A stretch of 64,000 bases of DNA from Eledone cirrhosa (Eukaryota), in NCBI GenBank assembly GCA_964016885.1, contig OZ024757.1, positions 1,922,001 to 1,986,000 of the forward strand, given 5' to 3'. Under the pieces are notes generated by a model. It was not told where the DNA came from, searched no databases, and worked only from the letters and a program-made list of their open reading frames with translations. Both the position numbers and the translations under genes were made by a program. How positions within the stretch are numbered: position 1 is the stretch's first letter; each line of letters begins with the position of its first letter. Below, one piece after another: positions 52,341 through 64,000 of this stretch.

Positions 52341-52690
52341 CGGTTATCCATCTCCGTCGCGCCCTTATAATATCTGTCTGTATGCCTGGCTGTCTGCATT
52401 ACGACGTTCTGACGAACATTGACGACGTATTATGTTCGCTATTATCCGTTCATTGCCAGGGAACGTCTCCACGAACCAAAATATCGTCTTCCTGTCTTCC
52501 TTCGGTTGCAACGTTTTTCGAAATATTTACTTCTGCGTTCACAGATTGATGTTTTTAGTTTCAGAAGATCCCGTTAAGGGGGAAAGCAAAGATTCTTAGA
52601 TTAAAATAACAGATTAAAGTTTAAGCAATATATGTATATATATTCCAAACCCATGCAAGCATGGAAGATGGACGTTAAACGATGATGATG

Positions 52691-53321
52691 ATATATATAA
52701 AACTGAGTAAGGAAGGATGTATGTATGTGTGTGTGTGGGGGGGGGGGGGGGGGGGTCTGAGAAGTACCCAACCGATTTTTTTCAAACTTTACATGTGTAT
52801 TACTTATGTTTCAGGGAGTGTTATGCACATAAAAAAATTCAACTATTTGATCTCCTAGGTGAAAAACTGTTTTTTCAGCTTTATAGGGGTTTTTTGAGGC
52901 GTTAGGTCAGACCGATTTCCTTGAAATTGTAACTATGTATTAGTCACTCTCTTCTTCATACCGTGAGCAAAGAAAATCCAATATTTTATGGCCTAGGGCC
53001 TGCATTAGGTGAAAAACTTCATTTTTTCAGCTTTTTAGGGCTTTTTTGAGGCGTTACGTCTAGCCGATTTTCCCGAAATTTCAAGGCATATTATGCACAT
53101 AAAAAAAATTCATTTTCTTGATCCCCTAGGGCCCACATTAGGTGAAAACCTGCATTATTCCTGGTTCATCGAGGAAAATCTTAAAGATTATCCACCCATC
53201 AGAGTATTCGGTTTATTTTCTTTACATATTGTCCAGGCATGCAGTTTTTCCACCATTAGATCTGTTGGCGGCCCGCGTTCCAAAATACCTTATGCCGTGC
53301 AACGCCGGGTACCACTGTTAG
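52691..53321 (+). mobile_element. Non-autonomous Helitron-like element
   Basis: Head ATATATATAAAACTG plus microsatellite, internal repeats about 150 bp apart (TAGGTGAAAAACT...TTTTTGAGGCGTTA), and 3' end CCGTGCAACGCCGGG...CTGTTAG|T. Confidence 0.55.
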
Positions 53322-53330
53322 TATATATAT

Positions 53331-55585
53331 ATATTGTTATACTTTGGGAGGGTCATGTTGCCAATAAGAAACACACGCACCAGTTGCTTTCACTCCAATT
53401 TATTATAAATTTAAGAATTTATAAATTTCCGGTTGGTTGGTTCCATAACCGGACGGTTGTTCATATATTGTCACACATTCTGTGACCTCTTCAGTGACTG
53501 GGGATTCTTTTCTTTGTTTTGTGCCTTTGTTGTGTGCTTAGTTTGCGCATGTGTTACATCCGGGTATAATAGGTAGTATGGATGTTGTGGCCCTATATCC
53601 ATCCATTGACATGAATTTTGCTGTGGAGAAATGTGTAGAAATGATGAGTGAGAGCAATGTTGAATTCCATGGGATTGATACCAGTGAGCTGGGACTCCTA
53701 CTTAAACTTACCTATAGTAATGATTATCTAGATACGTATGACCTTAGCAACCTGTGCCCTACAAGACCAGCAAGAGGCAGACCGCCTACCATTACCTCAA
53801 TGGCCAAGAAAACCCACACTGAAAGATGAAACGGGTGGACCAGAGCCATACGGACCCCCGAAAACCACGATGAACTAAAGAAAATGATTGCACATGCGGT
53901 GGGGGTCATTATAAAACTAACCCTTAAGGAACATATGTTCAAATTTAATGGAAAAACATATGCCCAAGAGGAGGGAGCAGCCATTAGTGTTAGCATTGCA
54001 GGTGACATAGCTAACCTATTCATGGTATGGTGGGACAATAAACTTAAGCTTAAACTTAAAGAACAATTAGAAGACAGCAACCTCTTAACCCTGATAATGT
54101 ACTCCCGCTACGTTGATGATATAAACATCGTAGTAAAAACACCCCCACTAGAGAACAGTCAGGAATTAGAGAAAAACACCATGGAACGCATCCAGCAAAT
54201 AGCTAACTCTATCCATCAGAGTATTAGAGTTACTATAGACTACCCAAGCAAACACCCCAACCATCGATTACCTGTACTAGACACAGAGCTATGGTTAGAT
54301 ACCATTAATAACAAAAAACAAATCCTCCATTCCCATTATGCCAAACCCATGACTTCCAAATACCTGATCCACCGAAACTCAGCTGTTTTGGACCATACCA
54401 AAATCAACATACTGATTGCAGATTTGGTACGAGTGGTGAGAAACGTGTCCCGCATGTGCAACCCCAAAGAACTAGAGAGACACATAGATAAAATCAGAGT
54501 ATATAGAGGAGCCAGAACCAAATGGGAAAAAATGGTAAATAATGATACAAATGGGACCTGTCCCTTGTATAGGAGCAAATTTTGGAATAGAATAGAAAGA
54601 ACTAGGAATAAGGCTAATAGACTAAACTCATGGTATGATAGCAATAAATACCAGAGTGTAATGTTCATCAATACAACCCCTAGAGATGAATTAGCTTACA
54701 AATTTAGAAGGGCCCTAGATAAACTTAAACTTAATATTAAGATAGTAGAAAGACCAGGTACCTCCATAAAAACACTTATTAGCAATACATATCCTTTTCA
54801 AAGACCTCCCTGTATAGATAAGAAATGTATAACCTGTAAAATAAGCCCCCATATTAACTTTAAAACTAGAAATGTAGTATATAGCATAAGATGTACTGAA
54901 GGACAATGTAAAGATAAGAATATAGTGTACATAGGTGAGACAGCTCGTAGTATAGGGGAACGGTTAAATGAACACTGGCGAAAACTTCAAGATAAAAAAG
55001 AATCATCAATACTCCACCAACATGCTAAAATAGAACATAAGGGCAAATGAGAGAACATAGAAATAAAAATAGAATCTACACACAGAAAAGACGCAATGTT
55101 TAGACAAATCACAGAGGCAATAAACATAAATGATCTCCAACCAAAATTAAATAGAAAACATGAATGGAACAGCAACATCACAACTTACAATTAAGGACAA
55201 AATGAAAACACACATAAAACAAACAACGAACCAGTAACATGTAAATAAACAAATAAATAAACAAATAAAAACACACACAGACACCCGGATGTAACACATG
55301 CGCAAACTAAGAACACAACACACACAAAAACAAGATGGCGTAGGACAGAACAAAGGAGAGGCACAAAACAAAGAAAAGTATCCCCAGTCACTGAAGAGGT
55401 CACAGAATGTGTGACGAAAGAACTTTGACAATATATGAACAACTTTCCAGTTATGGAACCAACCAACCAACCGGAAATTTATAAATTCTTAAGTTTATAA
55501 ATTTAATTTATAATAAATTGAAGTGAAAGCAACTGGTGCGTGTGTTTCTTATTGGCAACATGACCCTGCCAAAGTATAACAATAT
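53331..55585 (+). mobile_element. Penelope-like element: inverted 5' pLTR (53331-53565), truncated RT plus GIY-YIG ORF (53566-55194, two in-frame TGA), 3' pLTR (55283-55585)
   Basis: GSMDVVALYPSI, RYVDD, LPVLD, NVVYSIRC....C...YIGETARSIGERLNEH and RQITEAI...LNRKHEW lie in one frame with TGA at 53827 and 55048. The two flanks are reverse complements of each other, with indels. Confidence 0.93.
55387..55429 (+). ncRNA. Minimal type I hammerhead fold in the PLE 3' pLTR
   Basis: Stem I GTCA/TGAC; CTGAAGA at 55391-55397 plus one extra G; stem II GTCACA/TGTGAC; GAAA at 55416-55419; stem III AG-AA-CT; CUU site after 55425. Confidence 0.8.
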
Positions 55586-55639
55586 CGGTTTCAACACACG
55601 TTTTCAGATAAAGAATCTTGCTAAACAAATTCAGAAACG

Positions 55640-55674
<35 letters not shown>

Positions 55675-55677
<3 letters not shown>

Positions 55678-56015
55678 AAGTGGTCGTGTTGGTGTCATGA
55701 TAGAATACACCCAGTACACTCTGTAAAGTGGTAGTGTTGGTGTCATGATAGAATACACCCAGTACACTCTGTAAAGTTGTAGTGTTGGTGTCATGATAAA
55801 ATACACCCAGTACACTCTGCATAGTGGTAGTGTTGGTGTCATGATAAAATACACCCAGTACACTCTGTAAAGTGGTAGTGCTGGTACCATGATAAAATAC
55901 ACCCAGTACACTCTGTATAGTGGTAGTGTTGGTGCTACTATAAAATACACCCAGTACACTCTGTATTGTGGTAGTGTTGGTGTCATGCTAGACTACACCC
56001 AGTACACTCTGTAAA
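55675..56015. repeat. 48-bp minisatellite (about 7 copies), apparently amplified from part of a retroposon 3' region
   Basis: Period 48 (GTAAAGTGGTAGTGTTGGTGTCATGATAAAATACACCCAGTACACTCT). It continues into GTTGGCATTAGGAA...ACCCATGCCTACATGGAAAA and a (GAT)n tail; a similar tail lies at 52648-52691. Confidence 0.85.
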
Positions 56016-56185
56016 ATAGTTGGCATTAGGAATGATATTCAGCCTTATAACCCATTCTAAAACTGGTATTTGTAATCAACATATGTTCCCCTGGTCCCAT
56101 TTAAGGGGACAGTAGCTCTGATTAAGTAATGACCTAGTCTATTCCAACTTGTATGACCCATGCCTACATGGAAAACCCAATGTTT

Positions 56186-56360
56186 GTTGATGATTATGAT
56201 GATTATGATAGTGATGGTGATGATGATGGTATTGAAGATGGTGATGACAGTGATGGTGGTAGTGATGATGGTGATGGTAGTGATGATGGTGATGGTGTTG
56301 AAGATGATGATTATGATGATGGTGATGATAGTAATGATGTTCGTGATGATGATGATGATT
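56186..56360. repeat. Degenerate (GAT/GGT)n microsatellite
   Basis: Seen directly. It is intronic, ending about 60 nt before the last acceptor. Confidence 0.9.
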
Positions 56361-56421
56361 TTATTATTGTTGTTACATTTCTGTTTCCCAAATCTCTAAT
56401 TATTCCTCCTCTTCTGTTTAG

Positions 56422-56604
56422 ATGAAAGAAGGTGACTTCGTCGACTTGGTTACCTCGGAAGATTCTGACTCCGACAACTCCGTGAAACTAAAGAGAGTTA
56501 AAATAGTGAAGATCTCCGAAAATAAAAACCAGAACGACAACTACTCTATTGTGTTGAGAGCATGGAGGTCGGCTTTTACTCCAGAACTTTCTCGTGACTT
56601 GTAG
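56422..56604 (+). CDS. MTRES1: MTRES1-like terminal coding exon (183 bp including TAG)
   Basis: Branch-point-like CTAAT, pyrimidine tract and AG at 56420-56421. It encodes MKEGDFVDLVTSEDSDSDNSVKLKRVKIVKISENKNQNDNYSIVLRAWRS, which parallels recalled VKVGDTLDLLIGEDKEAGTETVMRILLKKVFEEKTESEKYRVVLRRWKS. Confidence 0.9.
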   Translation: MKEGDFVDLVTSEDSDSDNSVKLKRVKIVKISENKNQNDNYSIVLRAWRSAFTPELSRDL

Positions 56605-56692
56605 ACATCTACTCTATTGTGTTGAGAGCATGGAGGTCAGCTTTTACTCCAGAACTTTCTCGTGACTTGTAGACATCTACTCTATTGTGTTG
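56541..56692. repeat. 68-bp tandem duplication (2.2 copies) spanning the stop codon
   Basis: CTACTCTATTGTGTTG starts at 56541, 56609 and 56677. One mismatch separates the two full copies. Confidence 0.92.
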
Positions 56693-57402
56693 TTACAGAA
56701 ACCATCAGACTTTGTCTTAAGATTTCTTCCCCTGAAAACCTTAAATATTCTTCCAGAAAGATCCTTCAGCAACCCACATAAACAGTTAATACTCTTGGGT
56801 CCCACATAATACGGGGCTGAGGTGGAATAGGTGTGAGGGGGGGTTGTAATAATTGCTGCAGGTGTGGTGGAAAAGGGACCTGGTTATTGACCCAGTTCCA
56901 TTGTCAGTGTCTGTGACAGTGACCAGGTCGCAAGGAGTGTAACCAAAATTTAACACTTATAATGTTTTTCTTTGTTTTTTTAAATACCCTCGGGTGGAAA
57001 ATATCTGAAAAATTAATAAGTGGGGTGTGGGTGTGGATGATTATTGGAGACCCGAGAGTACATTGATGATGATGATGATGATGTGACATTGGCAGAAACA
57101 TTTGACCACTAGACAAATGTTTAACAGTGTTTATTTCAGCTCTTTGCCTTTCATAATCTAGAAGAATACCAGTAAAATACTAGGGTTCATGACATTTGAC
57201 TTGCCCCTCCCTCCTCCCTATTATGTGACAGTGGTCCTAGACAGGGTGACATCACTGCAACATTTGTGGTTCTCTGTCAACTAGGACCACTGTCATATCA
57301 CACAGGTCAGTAGCAACCAATGGTCAGTTCTTTGAGGTCAGAGGTCATGAAGACAAAATGATCTGAATGTCTGACCTCAGGTCATTGATAACCAAATAAC
57401 TT

Positions 57403-57530
57403 TAACCCTGTCATTACCATATTTCTAATGAAAGACACTGTCTATGTCATTAACCCTTTCATTACCATATTTCAAATGAAAGACACTGTCTATGTCATTA
57501 ACCCTTTCATTACCATATTTCTAACGACAC
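57403..57530. repeat. 48-bp tandem repeat (about 2.7 copies) of a TTAACCCT(T/G)TCATTACCATATTT end, like a piggyBac-type MITE terminus
   Basis: Period 48 (57403, 57451, 57499). TTAA followed by CCC is the piggyBac terminal signature, but no partner end was found. Confidence 0.6.
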
Positions 57531-57846
57531 TGCTTATGATTTTCAAATAATTTTGTAAATAAACAAGGATTTGATAATATAACTAACTTTTTCATTAAGC
57601 TTGATTTTTGGAAAATAACTTAACAAAGTTTGGTATAAAAAGACTTAAGGTCAGCTTATTTTGGGTGTATGTCCTTATTTGAGGAACAAAACCTGTGTTT
57701 AACTTCTCTGGAAACATTTAAAATAAAAACTGAATTTCTTTGAAAAAGCTTCACAGATTAGTGAGAGAGCTGAGATCTCTCTTCACAACAGGCTTATATA
57801 TATTAATTCAAAATATTAACAAAATAGATATTCTTGTGATCAAGTA

Positions 57847-57913
57847 TATTTTATTATACATATTTCAGAGGTACTGATTTAAGTTCAACAGTACGTCCTC
57901 ATCAGATAAAATA
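57847..57913 (-). ncRNA. Type I hammerhead fold, probably in the 3' pLTR of the - strand PLE
   Basis: The - strand reads TATTTTAT-CTGATGA-GGACGTACTG...CAGTACCTCT-GAAA-TATGTA-TA-ATAAAATA: 8-bp stem I, about 9-bp stem II, AUA site. Confidence 0.8.
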
Positions 57914-59853
57914 AGATGATGCATGACATACCCTGACATAGTAGATGGTTAAGATTCAGTCACGGTAGTGATTAACATATGACAAAACTCAATATTTATA
58001 CCCTAATATTGAGAACATGAGAAAAATATATAATACAAACAGTAGAGAGGGTGCGTGTAATGCAGCTTAAAAAATACATGGCATCAATATAACAGTTAAT
58101 AAAAAAAATTTTAAAACTACTGAAGAAAGAGGAAAGAAAGGAAAGCATAGAGGAAGAAACAGCTGATGGGATAATATAGTTAGTAGGTGCCTCGAAAAAA
58201 CAAATGAGAAATGATTAAAGAGAGAGAGAGAGACAAAGGGAAGTAATTTATGTTCAAGTTTATAGACAATTTTCCATATATGCAATATATATCCAAACTT
58301 ACTTAGATGACCGTTAATATTCAAAATATTTAATTTAAGTTATTTCAGAGTAATGAGTAATATTTTAGGTTTTAAAAGTTAATAGGTATTTGTATTAATA
58401 TTATATTATACTATCAAGTTTAATTTCTAAAATTCAAATTTTATGAAAACAAAAGGATTTACGAAACACGAGAGAGAAAATATATAATGCTTTTATACCC
58501 TCCTGAAGGTAATCTTAACCAAAATTATTTATAATATTGACAACAGTTTATATAATATAATTTATAAAATTATAGTTACAATTATTAAAGAATTTATGAT
58601 TAAACAGTTTGAGTGCCTAAAGGATCAACCGGCCTTATAACTAAACTTAAAGAAGTCTGAATTTTTAATTATATATATGTGTTAATCAAAAATGCATAAG
58701 GATTATAATGTCTATAGACTTAAGGTGCTACCTTTCAAATATATATAATATAACAAAATACAATAACTCAATATAGTAAATAAGTTACTGAAAATACTGT
58801 TAAAAAATATATATAGTTAAAATATATTGTTAAAAAATTAATGTTTTATATCAATTATTTTCATTTAGTTGATATATACTATAAATATATAATACATGAG
58901 TCCTAATGATAGGGGCTAGATACAAAATAAATATAAAAATATAAATAATGAATTGTTTGCGAAACTTAAAAATGCCCAATATTAAAAATATATTATAAAA
59001 TGTAATATGGTTTTAATATAAAGTAGACAAAAGATACGTCTAAAATATTTTAACGAATGTGATAGAAAGAGGAGCTAAATATTTGAAAAAGCCGAAGGTA
59101 ATCTAAATTTAAATTTAATTAAAATAAATTAAATTACATTAAATTATATTAAATTAAGTAAAAATCATTATATAAATTCGAACTTCCAGGGAATATCAAA
59201 CACTTATAACAATATAGAGTCATTTGAGTATCTAAATTATTTATAAATGTAACTACGAGTATGTTATTACACTAGATAAACATATTTGTACAACTATATA
59301 GAGATATTATTATAGGTATTAATGAAACGGTATACATTTAATAAATAAATAATTATAATCATTATTAGTAATGCTATAATTGTAGTTTTACCTCTAGTTC
59401 AGTGGAGAAAGAGACCAATATTTGTCGACTGTTATGGTTTGTTATATTTATACCTAGATATATATAAAAATAAATAAATGTAAATCTAACTTTCTGAGTC
59501 CCCAAAACATACTCAAAATGAATAAAATATGCAAACACGTGAATGATCTACAGTTCAATTATAATCGGTAAATTTACTAGTTGAATATCCAAATTATATA
59601 TTTAAAATAGAGACAGATACATAAAGATCCGAATCAAAATTATAAATATCTAAAATAATCCTAAGGTGTGCATATTTATCAAGTAAACAAGTTACCAAAT
59701 AATATGCTTATATATCTAAAGAGGATCCTTCATTCTAACATTAATTCTATCATAAATGATTAGAAGATAATGTATTATTAAAGTTTTATAAACCGTTATG
59801 ACATTTTAGGCCCAACAGTTGATAAGAGACGTCAAAAATTTAGGCCTGATTGT

Positions 59854-61245
59854 TTAGTGTTTTTTCCTGACTTTTTGCGAGGCTTGGAATGTAGACAAAG
59901 CTTTATGAAGGCAGTTTGAGAATAATTCACTTTTTTTGTTAATTAAGTTTTCATAATTAGTAATTATTAATAGGGTCTCCTTTGTGCAGAGGTTGCAGTT
60001 AGTTGATATAGAGGAGTTAGTGTATATTTTACTATTACAAAGCTTCGTCCAAAAGATCGAGTATTTTAAATTTTTGTCTTTTAATGATAAAGAAGTTGTG
60101 ATAAAGAAGTCCAAGATTTCCTATTAGGATTCGAAAATGAGCATTTGTGATTCGCAAATCTCGATTTAAATGTCGAAGAAGTTGCCCCTATGTAGTTGTA
60201 TGTGTTGTTATTTGTTTTTACGGTGCATTTATACACCAGATTTCTATCCAGACAATTATTTTGCAGAGGGCAATCTGATTTATTTCTACAATTACATTTC
60301 GATTTATTATTATTTATATTAACACTATTATTAATAGCATTATGTTGATTTTGGTTTAGAATTATACTATTTAGTTTAGCGATGTTTTGGGCCATATTCA
60401 TAGTTGTAGAATAAGAAAGTTTAATTGTGTGTTTATTAAATATGGAGTGGTATTTATGTTGACTAGGGAAGGAACTATCTAAAGCTTTAAAAAATAGATT
60501 AGCTATTGGTGTTCTTACTGCTACAGAAGCAGGGGGGGGGGGGCAAACCATATAACTGATTTAGTTCTAGTTCTTTTCCCTGATCTACTCACAGTACAGG
60601 TGTTTGAATTATAATTATAAAAATTTTTAGAATTTCGTTTATATATGCCATTATTTTTATCAGGATTAAGACTCGGATTATTATTGTCTATATATTCTAT
60701 ATTATTTTTATAACCTGCCTTTCTTAGCGCATCATTGTAATATCCTGCTTTTTCATCAAATATTGATTTATTGGCAGATATTCTAGTTATGCGTTTCTGT
60801 ACACTATTTACAATTGCGTTTTTCACAGATTTAGGGTGATTAGAGTAATAACTAATGTAATTTAAGTTTTCATTGGAAAGGGTAATAAAAACCAGAGTTT
60901 AAGTTAAGGGTAACATCAAGGAAATTAACTATTTTGGTACCACTTTCTACCTCTAGTTTAAGTTCGTAATTTTTAAAGAATTCAATTATATTTTTCTTTA
61001 CCCTATTTAGTTCTGTATTGCTGTGTTTAACAACCGTAAATAAAATATCGTCCCTATATAAACCACCGGTAATCTCCGGCAGTTTTCTATTTATCATATT
61101 TAAGATGAAAATCCCCAGAAGATCCGTGACTTGCGCTGAGTCCGATGATCCCAAGGTAATGTCGAAGTTTCTATTTCTATCTGAGCGGGTCCAATACTCA
61201 TTGTTGCAGTTAATTAGAGTTCTTCTAGTTAATATTTTGAATTAA
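59854..61245 (-). mobile_element. Degenerate 5'-truncated Penelope-like element (Nematis-like), RT C-terminal half plus GIY-YIG; the AT-rich 3' region probably extends to about 57850
   Basis: GSSDSAQVTDLLG, GLYRDD, NFLDVTLNL, SNHP, VIWFAPP, CNCR...CPL...C, LVYKC...YIGAT...FKSRF.NH..SF and CNLC..E...LINKKSE, split over several frameshifts. Clade assigned from memory. Confidence 0.88.
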
Positions 61246-61341
61246 TATTAATAACTCTGGAAAACCTTTTTCTTGTTGAGTGCTTCCAATCTATTGTAAA
61301 AATCATTTTTTGATGTATTCATTGAACCTTGTTTAATTTTT

Positions 61342-61359
<18 letters not shown>

Positions 61360-61385
<26 letters not shown>

Positions 61386-61855
61386 GTCCTGTCTGTTCAC
61401 GAACTCCTCCTATGGTTTTGGAGATAGACCCCCGTAACCATATATATTCTGAAACTACATTGCCCAGGGTACTTGGATAAGTATATTTCATTTTAATCAA
61501 AGGGTTCCTTGGGGGGTACAGACACCCGCTGAAAATGTTTTCCCTTCGATTTATATGAAATTTAAACCATAGCTAAATGACGAGATATGATGCCTATTCA
61601 CAAAAGTTTTGAATTGATATTATGAAAAAATTTATTTACAAGAAACAAAATAAGAATAACATTTAATTAATGTAATTTTGATTTGATATATTAGAAAAAA
61701 TAATATTTTCCAATTTTTCATGCATTACATTTTACATTGAGTAATATTGAAATGCAGAGATTTTCTCCAAAAATTATATCACTGATTTAAAATCAATCAT
61801 CATTTTCTTACAAAAAAATGAATGAAATGCAGCAAGGCGTGGGTAATTCGGCTGG
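61360..61855 (+). mobile_element. Non-autonomous Helitron-like element
   Basis: (TA)n head, then ATAATGTCCTGTCTGTTCACGAACTCCTCC, and a 3' end GCAGCAAGGCGTGGG...GGCTGG|T that fits CTRR|T. Confidence 0.4.
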
Positions 61856-62732
61856 TGTATATATATATGTATGAGAGAGAGAGAGAGAGATCAGTATTCT
61901 GACGATTTGGTTGGGTATCAATTGTAATTAAGGGTGAGTGACTTCTAACGATCAGTGACTTTAGACACACGGGAATTATTAATACTTTGAATAAACCCTA
62001 TTGAACGGCCGACCATGTTATTCTTCATTCTTTTACCATAAATATATATATGTATATATATATGTATGTATGTATATATATATATATATGTATGTATGTA
62101 TGCATATATATATATGTATGTATGTCAGGTCACCAGTTGGTGCTACTGGTAACATGTATCCCAGTACAACCTGTCCCATGGTCGGGTCGTTGGCGACTAA
62201 ACTGGCAACCCCACCAAGGTTTCTTGGTGAGGAGGGTGACTTTGGACATCCTGCAGGACTAAAAACAAGACCTGTCAAAGGGCAAAGGAGCTCTTAAGAG
62301 TCAATGGCCATCCAAAATCACCGGGAGAGATGACCCCTTAGCCTTTGTCAAGGCAGAATTCTAGGAGAAGGAAAACTCTGATATAACACCTGCAACTCTG
62401 ATGGTATCCAATGATGTTGACTTGTTCTTCTTTTTGGTAAATATCATCTTGGTTAAGAGAGTGGGACTGGCTTTGTGCAGTGCCTTTGCTCACTATAAAA
62501 GCTTCACGGCACAGGCATTGCTTTATATCTGGAGATCTCTCTGCACTTGTCGTCACAGGGTACCATGGCCCCAGCACTATGTGTCAATATTTGTCACAAG
62601 TGTAGTGTTTGTACCAGAGTTTTCAAGTCGCTGGCTGGACTAAAAGGTCACACTCGTTCACTGCATCGGTAGGGGTTCTCCTATATGGATATAAAGTAGT
62701 GGCCGTACTCGAAAACGAGTTGGCAGCCACCA

Positions 62733-64000
<1,268 letters not shown>

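Noticed and set aside
56153-56425. Asp/Gly-rich 90-aa ORF
   Set aside because: It is the translation of a (GAT)n retroposon tail inside the last intron.
62128-62210. HDV-like ribozyme (GTCG-TTGG-CGAC-TAA-ACTGG pairing with CCAGT) at the head of an unclassified 600-bp element
   Set aside because: P2- and P4-like parts are present, but I could not build P1, P3 and L3 with correct lengths. It needs a descriptor search on a family consensus.

Overview
Eukaryotic, repeat-dominated window, probably from an animal. The tRNA-derived SINEs resemble octopod SINEs as I recall them, which is inference only. Positions 1-32.1 kb hold two abutting satellite arrays: a 38-bp monomer with a 5,114-bp higher-order duplication, and a 39-bp monomer that creates the giant ORFs in the track, which are probably non-coding. 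The right half hides one spliced + strand gene that the ORF track does not assemble: an MTRES1/C6orf203-like mitochondrial S4-like RNA-binding protein (exons 33853-34212, 50746-50900, 51270-51342, 56422-56604; 256 aa). Its introns carry a 40-bp satellite with a solo-LTR-like insert, SINEs, CR1 and Vingi/Ingi-like LINE remnants, Helitron-like elements, and a Penelope-like element (PLE) with inverted pLTRs. A second PLE lies downstream on the - strand. The most interesting signals are a fold-back in intron 1 (arms of about 2.1-2.2 kb, 22-bp spacer) whose two arms each carry a type I hammerhead ribozyme fold, and several more hammerhead folds. Three of the folds are sense to the pre-mRNA, and two of those have an antisense partner in the same intron. 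All homologies and folds were recognised by eye; no searches were run.
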